Shown here: positions 17,984-26,583 of the stretch, one piece after another | Layout: each line of letters opens with the position of its first letter | How positions within the stretch are numbered: the first letter of the stretch is position 1 | From: an archaeon | GTDB lineage: Archaea; SpSt-1190; DYHY01 | Direction: 5' to 3' | NCBI GenBank assembly: GCA_043803745.1 | Contig: JAZDJS010000049.1 | Span: forward strand, 13,920-77,919 | Length of the DNA: 64,000 nt | Made by a program: the position numbers and the translations under genes | Notes under the pieces: generated by a model | The model's input: the letters and a program-made list of their open reading frames with translations, nothing else | The model's database searches: none | Told to the model about the DNA's origin: nothing

Positions 17984-18201
17984 TCTTTTTTACCCGCGGG
18001 GGAACTAATTGGGTGGTTCTCCAGCCGCGGCTGGATCCAATCCGCGGATTGGAAAATCCACTCCCCGCTACCATTCTTTCCATTATGCGGGGGAACGAAT
18101 ATTGGTGGTTCTCCGGACTGCAACACGAGTCCGTGCATTGGCACGGAAAATCTCCGTGTGACTGCACACAGACCTCGCCAAGGCTCGGCACTCCCCGCTA
18201 C
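17984..18201 (+). repeat. Two stacked fold-back units at the tRNA-iMet 3' end
   Basis: Each unit has GCGGGGGAAC (antisense to the tRNA 3' end; 17996-18005, 18087-18098), GGTGGTTCTCC, hairpins, then CTCCCCGCTAC(CA) (18061-18073, 18191-18201). Confidence 0.88.
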
Positions 18202-18289
18202 TCTTTAATCTACGGTTATTTCAGAGGTTTCTTGCTTGATAACTAGTTCGCAAATTCAATTCCTGTAAGAGCATATACTTTTAGTTCTG

Positions 18290-19150
18290 TTATCTCTTGA
18301 GCAATCCAAAGGAACCCAATATTTCCCGTATGGCGTTAAGGGTTCTCCCATCATCTTTGGTCGGGTTGTATTCTGAAACACTGAATCCAATGAGTTCATA
18401 TCTTCTCAACAAGCCCGTTAGCAGTTTAGTTGACTCTTCAACACTCAAGCCCTCCGGAACGGGCATAGCCGCAGAAGGGCTTTCTTTCGGATCGAGTACG
18501 TCAACATCGAAATGGATGAACGCTTTTTTCACCTTGGAAATCTTTGGATCCTTACCAATCGTCTCGAAAAATCTATCCACCCCGCCGACAGAAATCTCAT
18601 CACTTGAGAACTTCAAGATTCCTTGCTTCCTTATGAAAAGCGTTTCAGGGGCGTCGAGGTCTCTTGTTCCGACCAGGACAAGTTTATCATTGGTTATTGA
18701 TTTTTTCTTCTTTGATACCGCCACCAGGCGTTTGTCGCCATATCCCAATGCAATTGCCAAAGGCATCCCGTGAACGGTTCCGCTTGGCGAACTCTTTGGA
18801 GTGTTTATGTCTCCGTGAGAATCGAACCAGAATGCCACAAAATCTTTGTGAACCTCGGCAAGCCCCGCAAGTATGCCGAAAGTGTAACTGTCGTCTCCAG
18901 TTATTACTGCAGGAACCTTGCCTGATTTAGCGGCCCTTTTTACAGATTCTTTAGTCTTCTTTGATACTTCCAGGCATTCCGACAAATATTTCACCTTGCC
19001 TCCGGCATTCGTTGGATTTCCCTGTGGAACGGCAATCCACTCTGCATCTGCCGAGAGGTTGAATGATTCCAAAATTTTCTTCGGTCCCGCTTCAACGCCA
19101 TCCTTGTGTGCTCCGCCAAACCACGCAGGAACCGCTATTATCTTGAACAT
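18290..19150 (-). CDS. Arginase/ureohydrolase family protein
   Basis: DSHGDINTP..SPSG.VHGMP, HFDVDVLDP and SEYNP motifs. The usual GGDHS reads TGDDS, so one Mn-ligand His is replaced. Confidence 0.88.
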   Translation of the reverse strand: MFKIIAVPAWFGGAHKDGVEAGPKKILESFNLSADAEWIAVPQGNPTNAGGKVKYLSECLEVSKKTKESVKRAAKSGKVPAVITGDDSYTFGILAGLAEVHKDFVAFWFDSHGDINTPKSSPSGTVHGMPLAIALGYGDKRLVAVSKKKKSITNDKLVLVGTRDLDAPETLFIRKQGILKFSSDEISVGGVDRFFETIGKDPKISKVKKAFIHFDVDVLDPKESPSAAMPVPEGLSVEESTKLLTGLLRRYELIGFSVSEYNPTKDDGRTLNAIREILGSFGLLKR

Positions 19151-19196
19151 CTACAAGAAAGGAACGGTTTGTAATAAATACATTTCTTCAAGCGAG

Positions 19197-19535
19197 TTAA
19201 TACTTGAACCTCTTCTCGTAATCCTTGTGGCAGAACCATTCGAGTATGACGCTCAGAATCATCACCGCGTTCTCTTTGATGGTGTAGATAAGACGCCAGC
19301 CGTTGGGAAGGTCGTATTTCCATAGGTTCGTCAGTGCGTATTGCTTGTACTCCTTCGGCCACAGCTTCTTGGGCATCTTTATTCCGCAGGAAGCGTCCTT
19401 CTTGAGGTCGGAGATCGCCCTGTTGATGAATCCGTAGAGGGCCTTGTCCTCGAACTTGCCGGCATTCAGCTCTTCAAAGTCGCTTTCTAGCTTTCTTGAA
19501 GCGAATGCTACGGCAAGTTGCTTGTCCGGACTCAT
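19197..19535 (-). CDS. RelE/ParE-like toxin
   Basis: NLWKYDLPNGWRLIYTI...HKDYEKRFKY; coupled to a small upstream gene. Confidence 0.7.
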   Translation of the reverse strand: MSPDKQLAVAFASRKLESDFEELNAGKFEDKALYGFINRAISDLKKDASCGIKMPKKLWPKEYKQYALTNLWKYDLPNGWRLIYTIKENAVMILSVILEWFCHKDYEKRFKY

Positions 19536-19819
19536 CTCAGCTTCACGCCTTGGGCGAGGATCTTCCGTATTCCTTCGGGGTCGTATGTCCAGATGACAGT
19601 TCCGTCCTTGTCTATCAGTATCTTACCAGAAGACTCCAGGTAATCTAGTATCACCTGAAAAACCTGATACATCATCTTCTTGGGAAGCCTCTTCCACAGC
19701 TGGTATTTGCCGTATTCCTGGCTATATTTCTGTATTGTTCTCTCCACCATTATCACAGATTCAAGGGTCGGATTGTAGGCAAGCTGGACTTGCATTTGCT
19801 TCGTTGTCGTCTTAATCAC
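19532..19819 (-). CDS. Putative antitoxin (winged-helix-like)
   Basis: PTLESVIMVE...LWKRLPKKMMYQ...ILDYLESSGKI; overlaps the toxin start by 4 nt. Confidence 0.6.
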   Translation of the reverse strand: MIKTTTKQMQVQLAYNPTLESVIMVERTIQKYSQEYGKYQLWKRLPKKMMYQVFQVILDYLESSGKILIDKDGTVIWTYDPEGIRKILAQGVKLR

Positions 19820-20058
19820 CTATATTGGTACATATAATATATTCATTTATATAGCTTTGGGCTGCGAACAAATATTGGCCGTTTAATAATACTTAAAGAT
19901 AAGTTAAAGATTCTTCAAAGCTCAGAGAAAAGGTCCTTTCTATGACCCTTCCGTCGGTGCCCACAATTTCAAACTAGCGCGTTTCTATCTTAGCTGTCTT
20001 TGTAGTGGGGAACCGACATGGAAAAACTTAAAAAGGCGGTAGGCACTACATAAGTAAC

Positions 20059-20982
20059 ATGGCGTTCATCAGAAGAAAAACAAAGGGTCTTGCGACATAT
20101 TACGAACTCGTGGAATCTACGCGAGTTGGCAAAACAGTCAAGCAAAAGGTCCTCAAGTATTTCAAAAACTGGGACGCAATGCTCAAATACGCAAAGGAAA
20201 CTGGGGTTTCCGTCCCAAAGGAAGGCGCAAGCGAACCGCTTGACAAGAGAACGGCTGAAGAACTCGAGCTGCTGCTGAAAAAACTGGAGAGCCTTCGCCC
20301 CCTGCCACTAAACACCGTCGAAAGCCTCAGAAAAAAGCTCGAAGTTGAGCTAACATACAACTCTAACGCAATAGAGGGCAATCGCTTGTCGTTGAAGGAG
20401 ACTTTTCTTGTCCTTGAACGCGGAATGACCATCGGCGGCCGCTCTGTGAGAGAACACCTCGAGGCGACGAATCACAGGGACGCTCTGGTATCCTTGGAAA
20501 CGCTTCTGAAGAAAAAACGGATAAGCGAAAAAGACATTCTCAGTCTTCACGCACTGATACTCGACAAGATCAGTCCGTTTGATGCTGAGCTTTACCGAAC
20601 GGAACGGGTATACATTACGGGTTCAGGGCACATTCCGCCCAGTTGGAAGGAAATACCTCAGCTCGTCGATGAACAGATCGTTTCCAAAATTAATTCCAAC
20701 AGAAGGGGGCATTTTGCGATTGAGATAGGCGCAAAGGTCCAGCATTCTTTAACCTGGATACATCCTTTTGCGGATGGGAACGGGCGGATTGCAAGACTCC
20801 TCACAAACTTGGTCCTTATGCGAGCGGGTTTTCCGCCGATAATTCTTGAGAAGCGAACAAGGAAAACCTATTATCGGTGCCTTGAACTAGCGGACAAAGG
20901 AAACCTGACGCCGTTTACTCGCCTAATAGCAAGGCAGGCGAAAAAATCGCTGAATCTGTGGATATCTGCCGCAGAAAAATAG
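20059..20982 (+). CDS. Fic family protein (AMPylase)
   Basis: Intact HPFADGNGRIAR motif and inhibitory-helix motif SNAIEGN. Confidence 0.93.
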   Translation: MAFIRRKTKGLATYYELVESTRVGKTVKQKVLKYFKNWDAMLKYAKETGVSVPKEGASEPLDKRTAEELELLLKKLESLRPLPLNTVESLRKKLEVELTYNSNAIEGNRLSLKETFLVLERGMTIGGRSVREHLEATNHRDALVSLETLLKKKRISEKDILSLHALILDKISPFDAELYRTERVYITGSGHIPPSWKEIPQLVDEQIVSKINSNRRGHFAIEIGAKVQHSLTWIHPFADGNGRIARLLTNLVLMRAGFPPIILEKRTRKTYYRCLELADKGNLTPFTRLIARQAKKSLNLWISAAEK

Positions 20983-21033
20983 AGTGGCCTGGCGTGCTCG
21001 TCGGGCTCGTGAGAACCCGACGATCGGCGGTTC
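20980..21033 (+). pseudogene. Degenerate internal fragment of tRNA-iMet
   Basis: TAGAGTGGCCTGGCGTGCTCGTCGGGCTCGTGAGAACCCGACGATCGGCGGTTC aligns to 17913-17963; anticodon loop altered, no acceptor stem. Confidence 0.85.
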
Positions 21034-21265
21034 TCCGTTCCACATGAAAGGTTTCCTCTGTAGGGACTCAACGCACATCACACGGAAATATCGCCAAATA
21101 TGCCGCAGGACGGATAGGAAGACCGAAAATTTGCGCGGGTCATTCTGCCTAAGTTTTTCGAGCGCGCTTGGGGTGAAGCAACCTCAGGCAACTGACCGTC
21201 GGCAAAATTCAGTACCTCTCAAAAGAGGTCATTTTATATAGCTAGATTTCATTCCGACACTTCGC

Positions 21266-22129
21266 ATGAAAGCCATACGCATCATCCGAGGAACCCACAG
21301 GAACGAGTTCTCTGCATTCGAACTTGCGAGTGAGGTGGCGTCGGAAGTGCTCTCTGGGGGCGTGCCTTGCGATCTCATAACGGTTCCTTACGAGAGGACC
21401 GTGCAATTTCTCTTCGATGGACTTGAAGCGGGCGGTTGGCCGGAGGTAAGTTCAAGGATAAAAAAGGCAATTGCCTTGGAGGAAGATGGCGCTGAACTGG
21501 CGCAACGGTGCTTTGCTTGGTATTCTTGGGCGGGCAGAAAACTCGGCTTTCCAAGCGCCAATAAATTAAGAAAACTCGATGAAAATCCGGCCTCCGGCCT
21601 CGCTTTGAGCAAAGCTGCCGCTATGATAGACGGCCTCGCCGAAGACGAATACTCAAGGCTCCCTGGCGAAGTCCTCTCCTGCTCTTTCCACAACTATTGC
21701 CTAGATATGGGAGGTTGTAACTCGCCACAAATACCCACCAGATTCTATCCATACTTCCCCGGAGATGAGCCTCCCGGGAGATTCGTCCATGTGGTCGGAG
21801 CGGAAGACCCGCTGCTTTCGGGAGAAATCGCCTTTTCCCGGAAAGGGAACGCCGAGAGATACCAGGAAGTGCACGTTCTGGAGATTCCTGCAGTCTACGA
21901 GACCGCGCCCTTCCTAAGGGTTCCCGAACTTAGAGGAGACCTGCACGAATTTTATCTATATCGCGTTGACATGGAAAAGACCGGGGAGGCGGGCCTCATT
22001 GGTCCGGGTTTCGTGAGGGCGATAGCGGAAGGACTCGTGCTGGCTGCTAGCGGGCGGGGTTCCCCGGAAAGCCGGCCCTCTCGGCCAGGCCCGTATCTGA
22101 AGTTCCGCCGGAATTTTGCTACGCCTTAG
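21266..22129 (+). CDS. Hypothetical protein (possible zinc carboxypeptidase-like remnant)
   Basis: 287-aa ORF after TTTTATAT; GTHRNE...SFHN...LEIP loosely recall M14-type ligands. Confidence 0.55.
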   Translation: MKAIRIIRGTHRNEFSAFELASEVASEVLSGGVPCDLITVPYERTVQFLFDGLEAGGWPEVSSRIKKAIALEEDGAELAQRCFAWYSWAGRKLGFPSANKLRKLDENPASGLALSKAAAMIDGLAEDEYSRLPGEVLSCSFHNYCLDMGGCNSPQIPTRFYPYFPGDEPPGRFVHVVGAEDPLLSGEIAFSRKGNAERYQEVHVLEIPAVYETAPFLRVPELRGDLHEFYLYRVDMEKTGEAGLIGPGFVRAIAEGLVLAASGRGSPESRPSRPGPYLKFRRNFATP

Positions 22130-22194
22130 AGAAATCGGGAAATCTCCGTGCGTGCACGGATGGTCTGCGGACCACACTCCCCGCTACCAATAAT

Positions 22195-22503
22195 TCATCC
22201 GTGATAGAGTTTAGCTTCGACGAACTCAATCCCTCTCTCACGGTAAACTCTGAGCCTCGTTACGCCGTCCCCGACAACGAAGAGTTCCGCATTAGGCTCA
22301 AGCGACAAGTCGATTGGGTAGGGTTTCTTTCCCGCGTCAAGGAGCTCCCGTATGCGCCGTTCCTTGGAAACCTGCCACACATCGTTGTCCGTGAATATGA
22401 CTTCTTTCTGCCGCTCCATTTTCAGGTGCTCGACAATATAAGAAACCGGAAAAGTGAACCTTGCTCCGTCCCTGAACTTGCGTTCGAGCCAAGGCTTGTC
22501 CAT
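22195..22503 (-). CDS. Small ParB/Srx-like hypothetical protein
   Basis: YPIDL...VVGDGVTRLRVY...GIEFV pattern. Confidence 0.55.
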   Translation of the reverse strand: MDKPWLERKFRDGARFTFPVSYIVEHLKMERQKEVIFTDNDVWQVSKERRIRELLDAGKKPYPIDLSLEPNAELFVVGDGVTRLRVYRERGIEFVEAKLYHG

Positions 22504-22621
22504 ATTGAACAGACGAAAAGCAAGCCTTTAACTTTTTCTGGTTCGGATAGCTGCTGAATGCGCAACGTTCTTTTGACTTTTTCGTGGGCGGTTGAGCCAC
22601 TAGGGGATGTTCAACGCAGAA

Positions 22622-23029
22622 CTATCTTTCAGAGAACGGCGTTTTTCCCGGACGGGAGTATGGCTCTTCCCTTCCCCGGTAGAAATTGTAGCCCACGCCG
22701 CTTTTCTTCTCGAACACTACCGCCCCATAGAATTTTTCGCCCTTGGCATAGAACGGGCTGCCGTTATAGATCTGGTTCGCGACAACCTTTCCCTCCTGGG
22801 CAGCGCCCCAATTGGTGAACTCGGGGGATTTTATTTCAAGGGCGGAATATTCGGCAAGGTTCTTGCTTCTTGCGAATTCGGCAAGTCCGGGATCGAAATC
22901 TGCCGCATTTTGCTTGAAATCAAAACTTACCTCTTTTGGAACGCCGAGGGCATCTTTTACCGAATCAAGATAGGAAAGGACCTGACCTTTGGGAGGCTGT
23001 TTCTCCAAAAGAAGATATGCTGTTCCCAT
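22622..23029 (-). CDS. Hypothetical protein
   Basis: 135-aa ORF with AAGAAAGG upstream of the ATG. Confidence 0.5.
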   Translation of the reverse strand: MGTAYLLLEKQPPKGQVLSYLDSVKDALGVPKEVSFDFKQNAADFDPGLAEFARSKNLAEYSALEIKSPEFTNWGAAQEGKVVANQIYNGSPFYAKGEKFYGAVVFEKKSGVGYNFYRGREEPYSRPGKTPFSER

Positions 23030-23359
23030 GCCTTTCTTCGCTCTCCATTATGTAAGCTATTGGCGCTCTTTGCGTATATAGTTGTCATTCAATGGTAACA
23101 ATTTGAGGCCATTTGCTTAAAGCTATCGCCGAGAAAAGGGCTAATTGAAAATGAGGTTTTCTCCGCTTTTCCAAGGAACTGATTTCACCTTGCCTGGGAA
23201 AAACCTCAGGTCTAAACGCAACTGTGCATTGCTTCTATTTCAAGAAGACCTGGACAGCAGGGGAGTTCGCACGGGGCCGGTCGAGGATAAGGGTCGGCCG
23301 AGTCCGAAAGGCGGGAAAAGCAAGCAAACTTAATTAGCAGAAGAATCGGAAAATCCAGG

Positions 23360-23995
23360 ATGTCTGGGAAAAAACTCCTGTCGCGGATTGCGCTCTTCCT
23401 CATCTTGGCAGCAGTCCTTGCAGCAATTGTCTGGCATAATATTTCGCCGGAAACCGGTCCCGAGCCCTTCGGGGAAATCCTGCCCTACAACGGGAAGGTT
23501 GTCAAACCGGTCGCGGGATATTCTGTCTGCTCAAACTACGGGCTGCGCCTCGACCCGTTCACCGGGAAGCTCGACTTCCACAACGCGATTGACCTTTGCG
23601 CTCCCGAGGGGCGACTTGTCAGGGCGGCAAAGGACGGGAACGTTGTTGCAATTGGGAACGATTTAGTCGCAGGGAATTTCGTCAGAATGCAACATCCCGA
23701 CGGGACATATACTTCTTATTTCCATCTTCTCTCCGTTTCCGACCGGGTTTCTGTCGGCTCGAACATCGGGGCTGGAACCGGAATAGGCCTTGTCGGGAGC
23801 ACGGGAAGGAGCACCGGGCCCCATCTTCACTTCTCCCTGCAGGATGGGAACGAAACATTCATTGACCCAAGCGGCTTGCTTGGTATCAGGAACGATGGGA
23901 ACGGGATTGGAGAGGACGGAACGGTTTCGCTCCTGACAAGAATCACCAGCTTTTTCACGCCATCGACCTGGGCGAATTGGCTCAACCCCAAATAA
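23360..23995 (+). CDS. M23 family metallopeptidase with N-terminal membrane anchor
   Basis: HNAID (HxxxD), YFHL and GSTGRSTGPHLHF (HxH) motifs. Confidence 0.92.
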   Translation: MSGKKLLSRIALFLILAAVLAAIVWHNISPETGPEPFGEILPYNGKVVKPVAGYSVCSNYGLRLDPFTGKLDFHNAIDLCAPEGRLVRAAKDGNVVAIGNDLVAGNFVRMQHPDGTYTSYFHLLSVSDRVSVGSNIGAGTGIGLVGSTGRSTGPHLHFSLQDGNETFIDPSGLLGIRNDGNGIGEDGTVSLLTRITSFFTPSTWANWLNPK

Positions 23996-24019
23996 AAACG
24001 GCAGAAATTTATAAGACGG

Positions 24020-24781
24020 TTGCCGGAAAGCCAACCCGTGCCAACAACAGACTGGTTCTCGATGAGGGTTTTCTACCCCCTCTTCGGAAAGCTCTTCAAC
24101 TTCGGGCACAAGGGGATTGAAGGCGCGCCTCCCGGGGAGAATTTCATTTTCGTAATGAACCATGCCGGGGCACTCGACGTCTTTTTCGCACCGGCCGCAA
24201 TAGTCCCATTCCGGAAAAGGCCCCTCCGAATCCTCCTTGATGTGAAAGTCTACCAAGTTCCCGTGCTAAACTGCCTTTTCAGGGGATGGAATCCGATTGT
24301 CTTCGATGTCGGGGATCCGGAGAGCCGAACGCGCTCAGTCCGGGAAGCTGTCGCGGCTCTTGGGGCGGGAGACGATGTCCTGATTTTTCCCGAGGGGAGC
24401 GTCAACGCAGACGGCAGGTGGAAGCTGAGGCTCCATACCGGAGCAGTGAAGATCGCCCTCCTTGCAAGGAAGCGGATCCTTCCGGCGAGAATCAAGGGAA
24501 GCTACGATGCATGGAAATTTGTCCTCTACAGGAGGCTCGAAATGTCCGACTTTCCGAGCAAGCGGAACAACGCCAAGTATGCCAGGGAATTTGCAAATGG
24601 AATGCACAACCCGTTTGCATTCAACTTCCGAACTCCCGTGCGGATTTCCTTCGGGAAGCCGGTTTCCCTTGAGAAGAATTACGGGAAATTCGACCTGCGG
24701 AAGAAATCCAGAAGGACGAAGGGCTTCCTTGTAGCGGAAATCAATGAGCTAATGAAGGGAATCGGACGCATTCGGCTCTGA
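24020..24781 (+). CDS. PlsC-like lysophospholipid acyltransferase
   Basis: NHAGALD (HxxxxD), IFPEG and RISFGKP motifs. Confidence 0.88.
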   Translation: MPESQPVPTTDWFSMRVFYPLFGKLFNFGHKGIEGAPPGENFIFVMNHAGALDVFFAPAAIVPFRKRPLRILLDVKVYQVPVLNCLFRGWNPIVFDVGDPESRTRSVREAVAALGAGDDVLIFPEGSVNADGRWKLRLHTGAVKIALLARKRILPARIKGSYDAWKFVLYRRLEMSDFPSKRNNAKYAREFANGMHNPFAFNFRTPVRISFGKPVSLEKNYGKFDLRKKSRRTKGFLVAEINELMKGIGRIRL

Positions 24782-24843
24782 TGAGCGCTTATAACCCTCC
24801 GGGGAACGCTTAATAGCGTGGCTTGCCCAGTTCCAAGGGCAGA

Positions 24844-25638
24844 ATGGTGATTCCGGAGACTCAGTTCGAGTCTTGGGCTTGCCAAGGCTCTATGATCCGC
24901 GCGAGGGAAACCTATGAATCAGTCCGTGCGGCGCTGAAACCCCTCCGCGCGCTTGGATCAACGGAAGTTTATCTCCAGGGTTCCTACGGAAACAACACGA
25001 ACATCCTTGCCGACGGAAACGTTGACATTGTCGCGCAGTTGAACGTCCCCTCTCCGGACCCGCTCCTTTTCAGCTCTTTCAGGAAGCGCGTGCTCTCCGC
25101 CCTGCAGGCATACTACAGCATTTCAACGGTTACCGAAGGGAATTTTTCCCTCAGAGTCAGGGATCCGAAGAACCGCCTTCCTGTCGACATCCTTGTCGGG
25201 CTCAAGTGCGTTGACGGACAGGGTTTCGAGGGGCTTTGGTTTTCATCTGCAAACGGGACCCAGATAACTGACTATCCGAAGCTCCACATCGAGAACGGGG
25301 AGAGAAAGGACCAGGAATCCGGCGGGAGATACAAGGAGACCGTCCGGGCTTTCAAGCGGGTCAGGGCGCACCTTTCCGAGAACGGCTTGATTGAAAAGGG
25401 CGGCGTCCCGTCTCCTTTCCTCGAAAGCCTCCTTTACAACGTCCCGACAGGGCTTTTCAGCAAAAGCCGCCAGGAAACTTTCTGCAATTCGGTCGGCTGG
25501 CTCCTTGGCGCGCCTTTTGAGGAATTCAAGTGCCAGAACGGAAGGCGGGAACTTTTCGGAAGTTCGCCCCGTCAGTGGTCCGTTGAGCCGGCGCGCAAGT
25601 TCCTTGCAGCTGTCGAAGACCTCTGGAACCGGTGGTGA
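24844..25638 (+). CDS. CD-NTase/SMODS nucleotidyltransferase (CdnE-like)
   Basis: YLQGSYGNNTN, DGNVDIV, YPKLHIENG..K, YKETVRAFK, PS.FLESLLYNVP and QNG...LFG....QW motifs. Confidence 0.82.
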   Translation: MVIPETQFESWACQGSMIRARETYESVRAALKPLRALGSTEVYLQGSYGNNTNILADGNVDIVAQLNVPSPDPLLFSSFRKRVLSALQAYYSISTVTEGNFSLRVRDPKNRLPVDILVGLKCVDGQGFEGLWFSSANGTQITDYPKLHIENGERKDQESGGRYKETVRAFKRVRAHLSENGLIEKGGVPSPFLESLLYNVPTGLFSKSRQETFCNSVGWLLGAPFEEFKCQNGRRELFGSSPRQWSVEPARKFLAAVEDLWNRW

Positions 25639-25687
25639 CCTGGTGGTGAACCGAAGGCAATATATTCTCCAGAGGCGTCCCGGGAAC

Positions 25688-26164
25688 ATGGAAAAAGGAG
25701 AGACTGGCTGCTGCCCACGATTCGCGCCAAAGGGCTGGGATGGGAAAATCCTCAAATGGAAGGGGAAAAAATTCGTGAAGGGAAGCGTTTTGACGCTCTT
25801 CTACATTCCGCTCAATTTCGGGCAGGTGATTTCCGGACTCATGAAAAAGATCTCGGCGGCAGGTGCGAAAAGCCCCGGCTGGATGGGACTCTCGGACCAC
25901 ACATCCCTGTTCAACATGGACATTTACGTTGCAGTCGACCGGAAGGTCCCGGCACTTAGGAACGTCGAGCTGAGCGGGAAATTCTTCAGCAAGGTCTATG
26001 AGGGAGATTTCAAGGAAACCGGGAAATGGTGCGGGGATTTTTCTGCCCTGGCAAAGAAGAAGGGCTTCAAGATAGGGAAACTCTACATGTGGTACACGAC
26101 CTGCCCCAAGTGCGCGAAGGCATATGGGAAGAACTATGTGGTTATCGTCGGGAAAATCGGCTGA
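25688..26164 (+). CDS. Conserved GyrI-like 'hydrolase' family protein
   Basis: ETGCCPRF...WD and WYTTCPKCAKAYGKNYVV motifs; start at ATG 25688. Confidence 0.78.
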   Translation: MEKGETGCCPRFAPKGWDGKILKWKGKKFVKGSVLTLFYIPLNFGQVISGLMKKISAAGAKSPGWMGLSDHTSLFNMDIYVAVDRKVPALRNVELSGKFFSKVYEGDFKETGKWCGDFSALAKKKGFKIGKLYMWYTTCPKCAKAYGKNYVVIVGKIG

Positions 26165-26194
26165 ACAATTGGAAACTATTTTTCTCAAAAAAAA

Positions 26195-26572
26195 ATGGAA
26201 AGAAGCCTCGAGGAACTGCTTGCCGGACTGAAGCTAGCCGCCCCCGCAAATTCCGAGGAAATCGGAAAGGTCGGAGCTGCGCTTCCTAGTGATTACTTGG
26301 AATTCCTGAGAATTTCCAACGGATGCAGCGGATTCTTTGGCAAGCGTTACCTGATTCTTTACTCCCTCGAACGGATTGCCGCAGTCAACAAGACTCTAAA
26401 TCCGAGAGGAAATATCGTTTTCTTCGGCTCGGACGGGGGCGAAACCGGCTATGCCTTCGGCTTCAAGGGAGATGTATTGGAAATCCCCTTCGACACGAAC
26501 CTTGAGAAAAGGAAAGTTGTCTCGGCGGGTTTCCTGGGATTCCTTGAGAATCTGAGAAAATCGCAGGAGTAG
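26195..26572 (+). CDS. SMI1/KNR4 (SUKH) family protein
   Basis: LPSDYLEFLRISNG and FFGSDGGETGYAF motifs. Confidence 0.85.
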   Translation: MERSLEELLAGLKLAAPANSEEIGKVGAALPSDYLEFLRISNGCSGFFGKRYLILYSLERIAAVNKTLNPRGNIVFFGSDGGETGYAFGFKGDVLEIPFDTNLEKRKVVSAGFLGFLENLRKSQE

Positions 26573-26583
26573 GAAATTCGCAG

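Larger units (their letters stand above)
18191..22189. mobile_element. Small cargo island at tRNA-iMet bounded by tRNA 3'-end repeats; no integrase
   Basis: CTCCCCGCTACCA recurs at 22177-22189; the interval holds arginase, a TA-like pair, Fic and an ORFan, and is partly AT-richer. Confidence 0.7.

Noticed and set aside
17984-18201. Additional functional tRNA genes in the iMet downstream units
   Set aside because: They lack a TTC T-loop, a D-loop in the correct position and a 7-nt anticodon loop; kept only as repeat units or possible mimics.
21218-21231. 14-bp match CTCAAAAGAGGTCA, also at 54924-54937, each next to a TATA-like sequence
   Set aside because: Several 14-mer matches are expected by chance in 64 kb, and the orientation relative to the genes differs.
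23145-23170. Fluoride riboswitch-like GAAAATGAGGTTTTCTCC
   Set aside because: The downstream GCTGATGAC pseudoknot element is missing and no fluoride-related gene follows.
25391-25687. Upstream extension of ORF 25391..26164
   Set aside because: It overlaps the CD-NTase gene; family similarity begins at ATG 25688.
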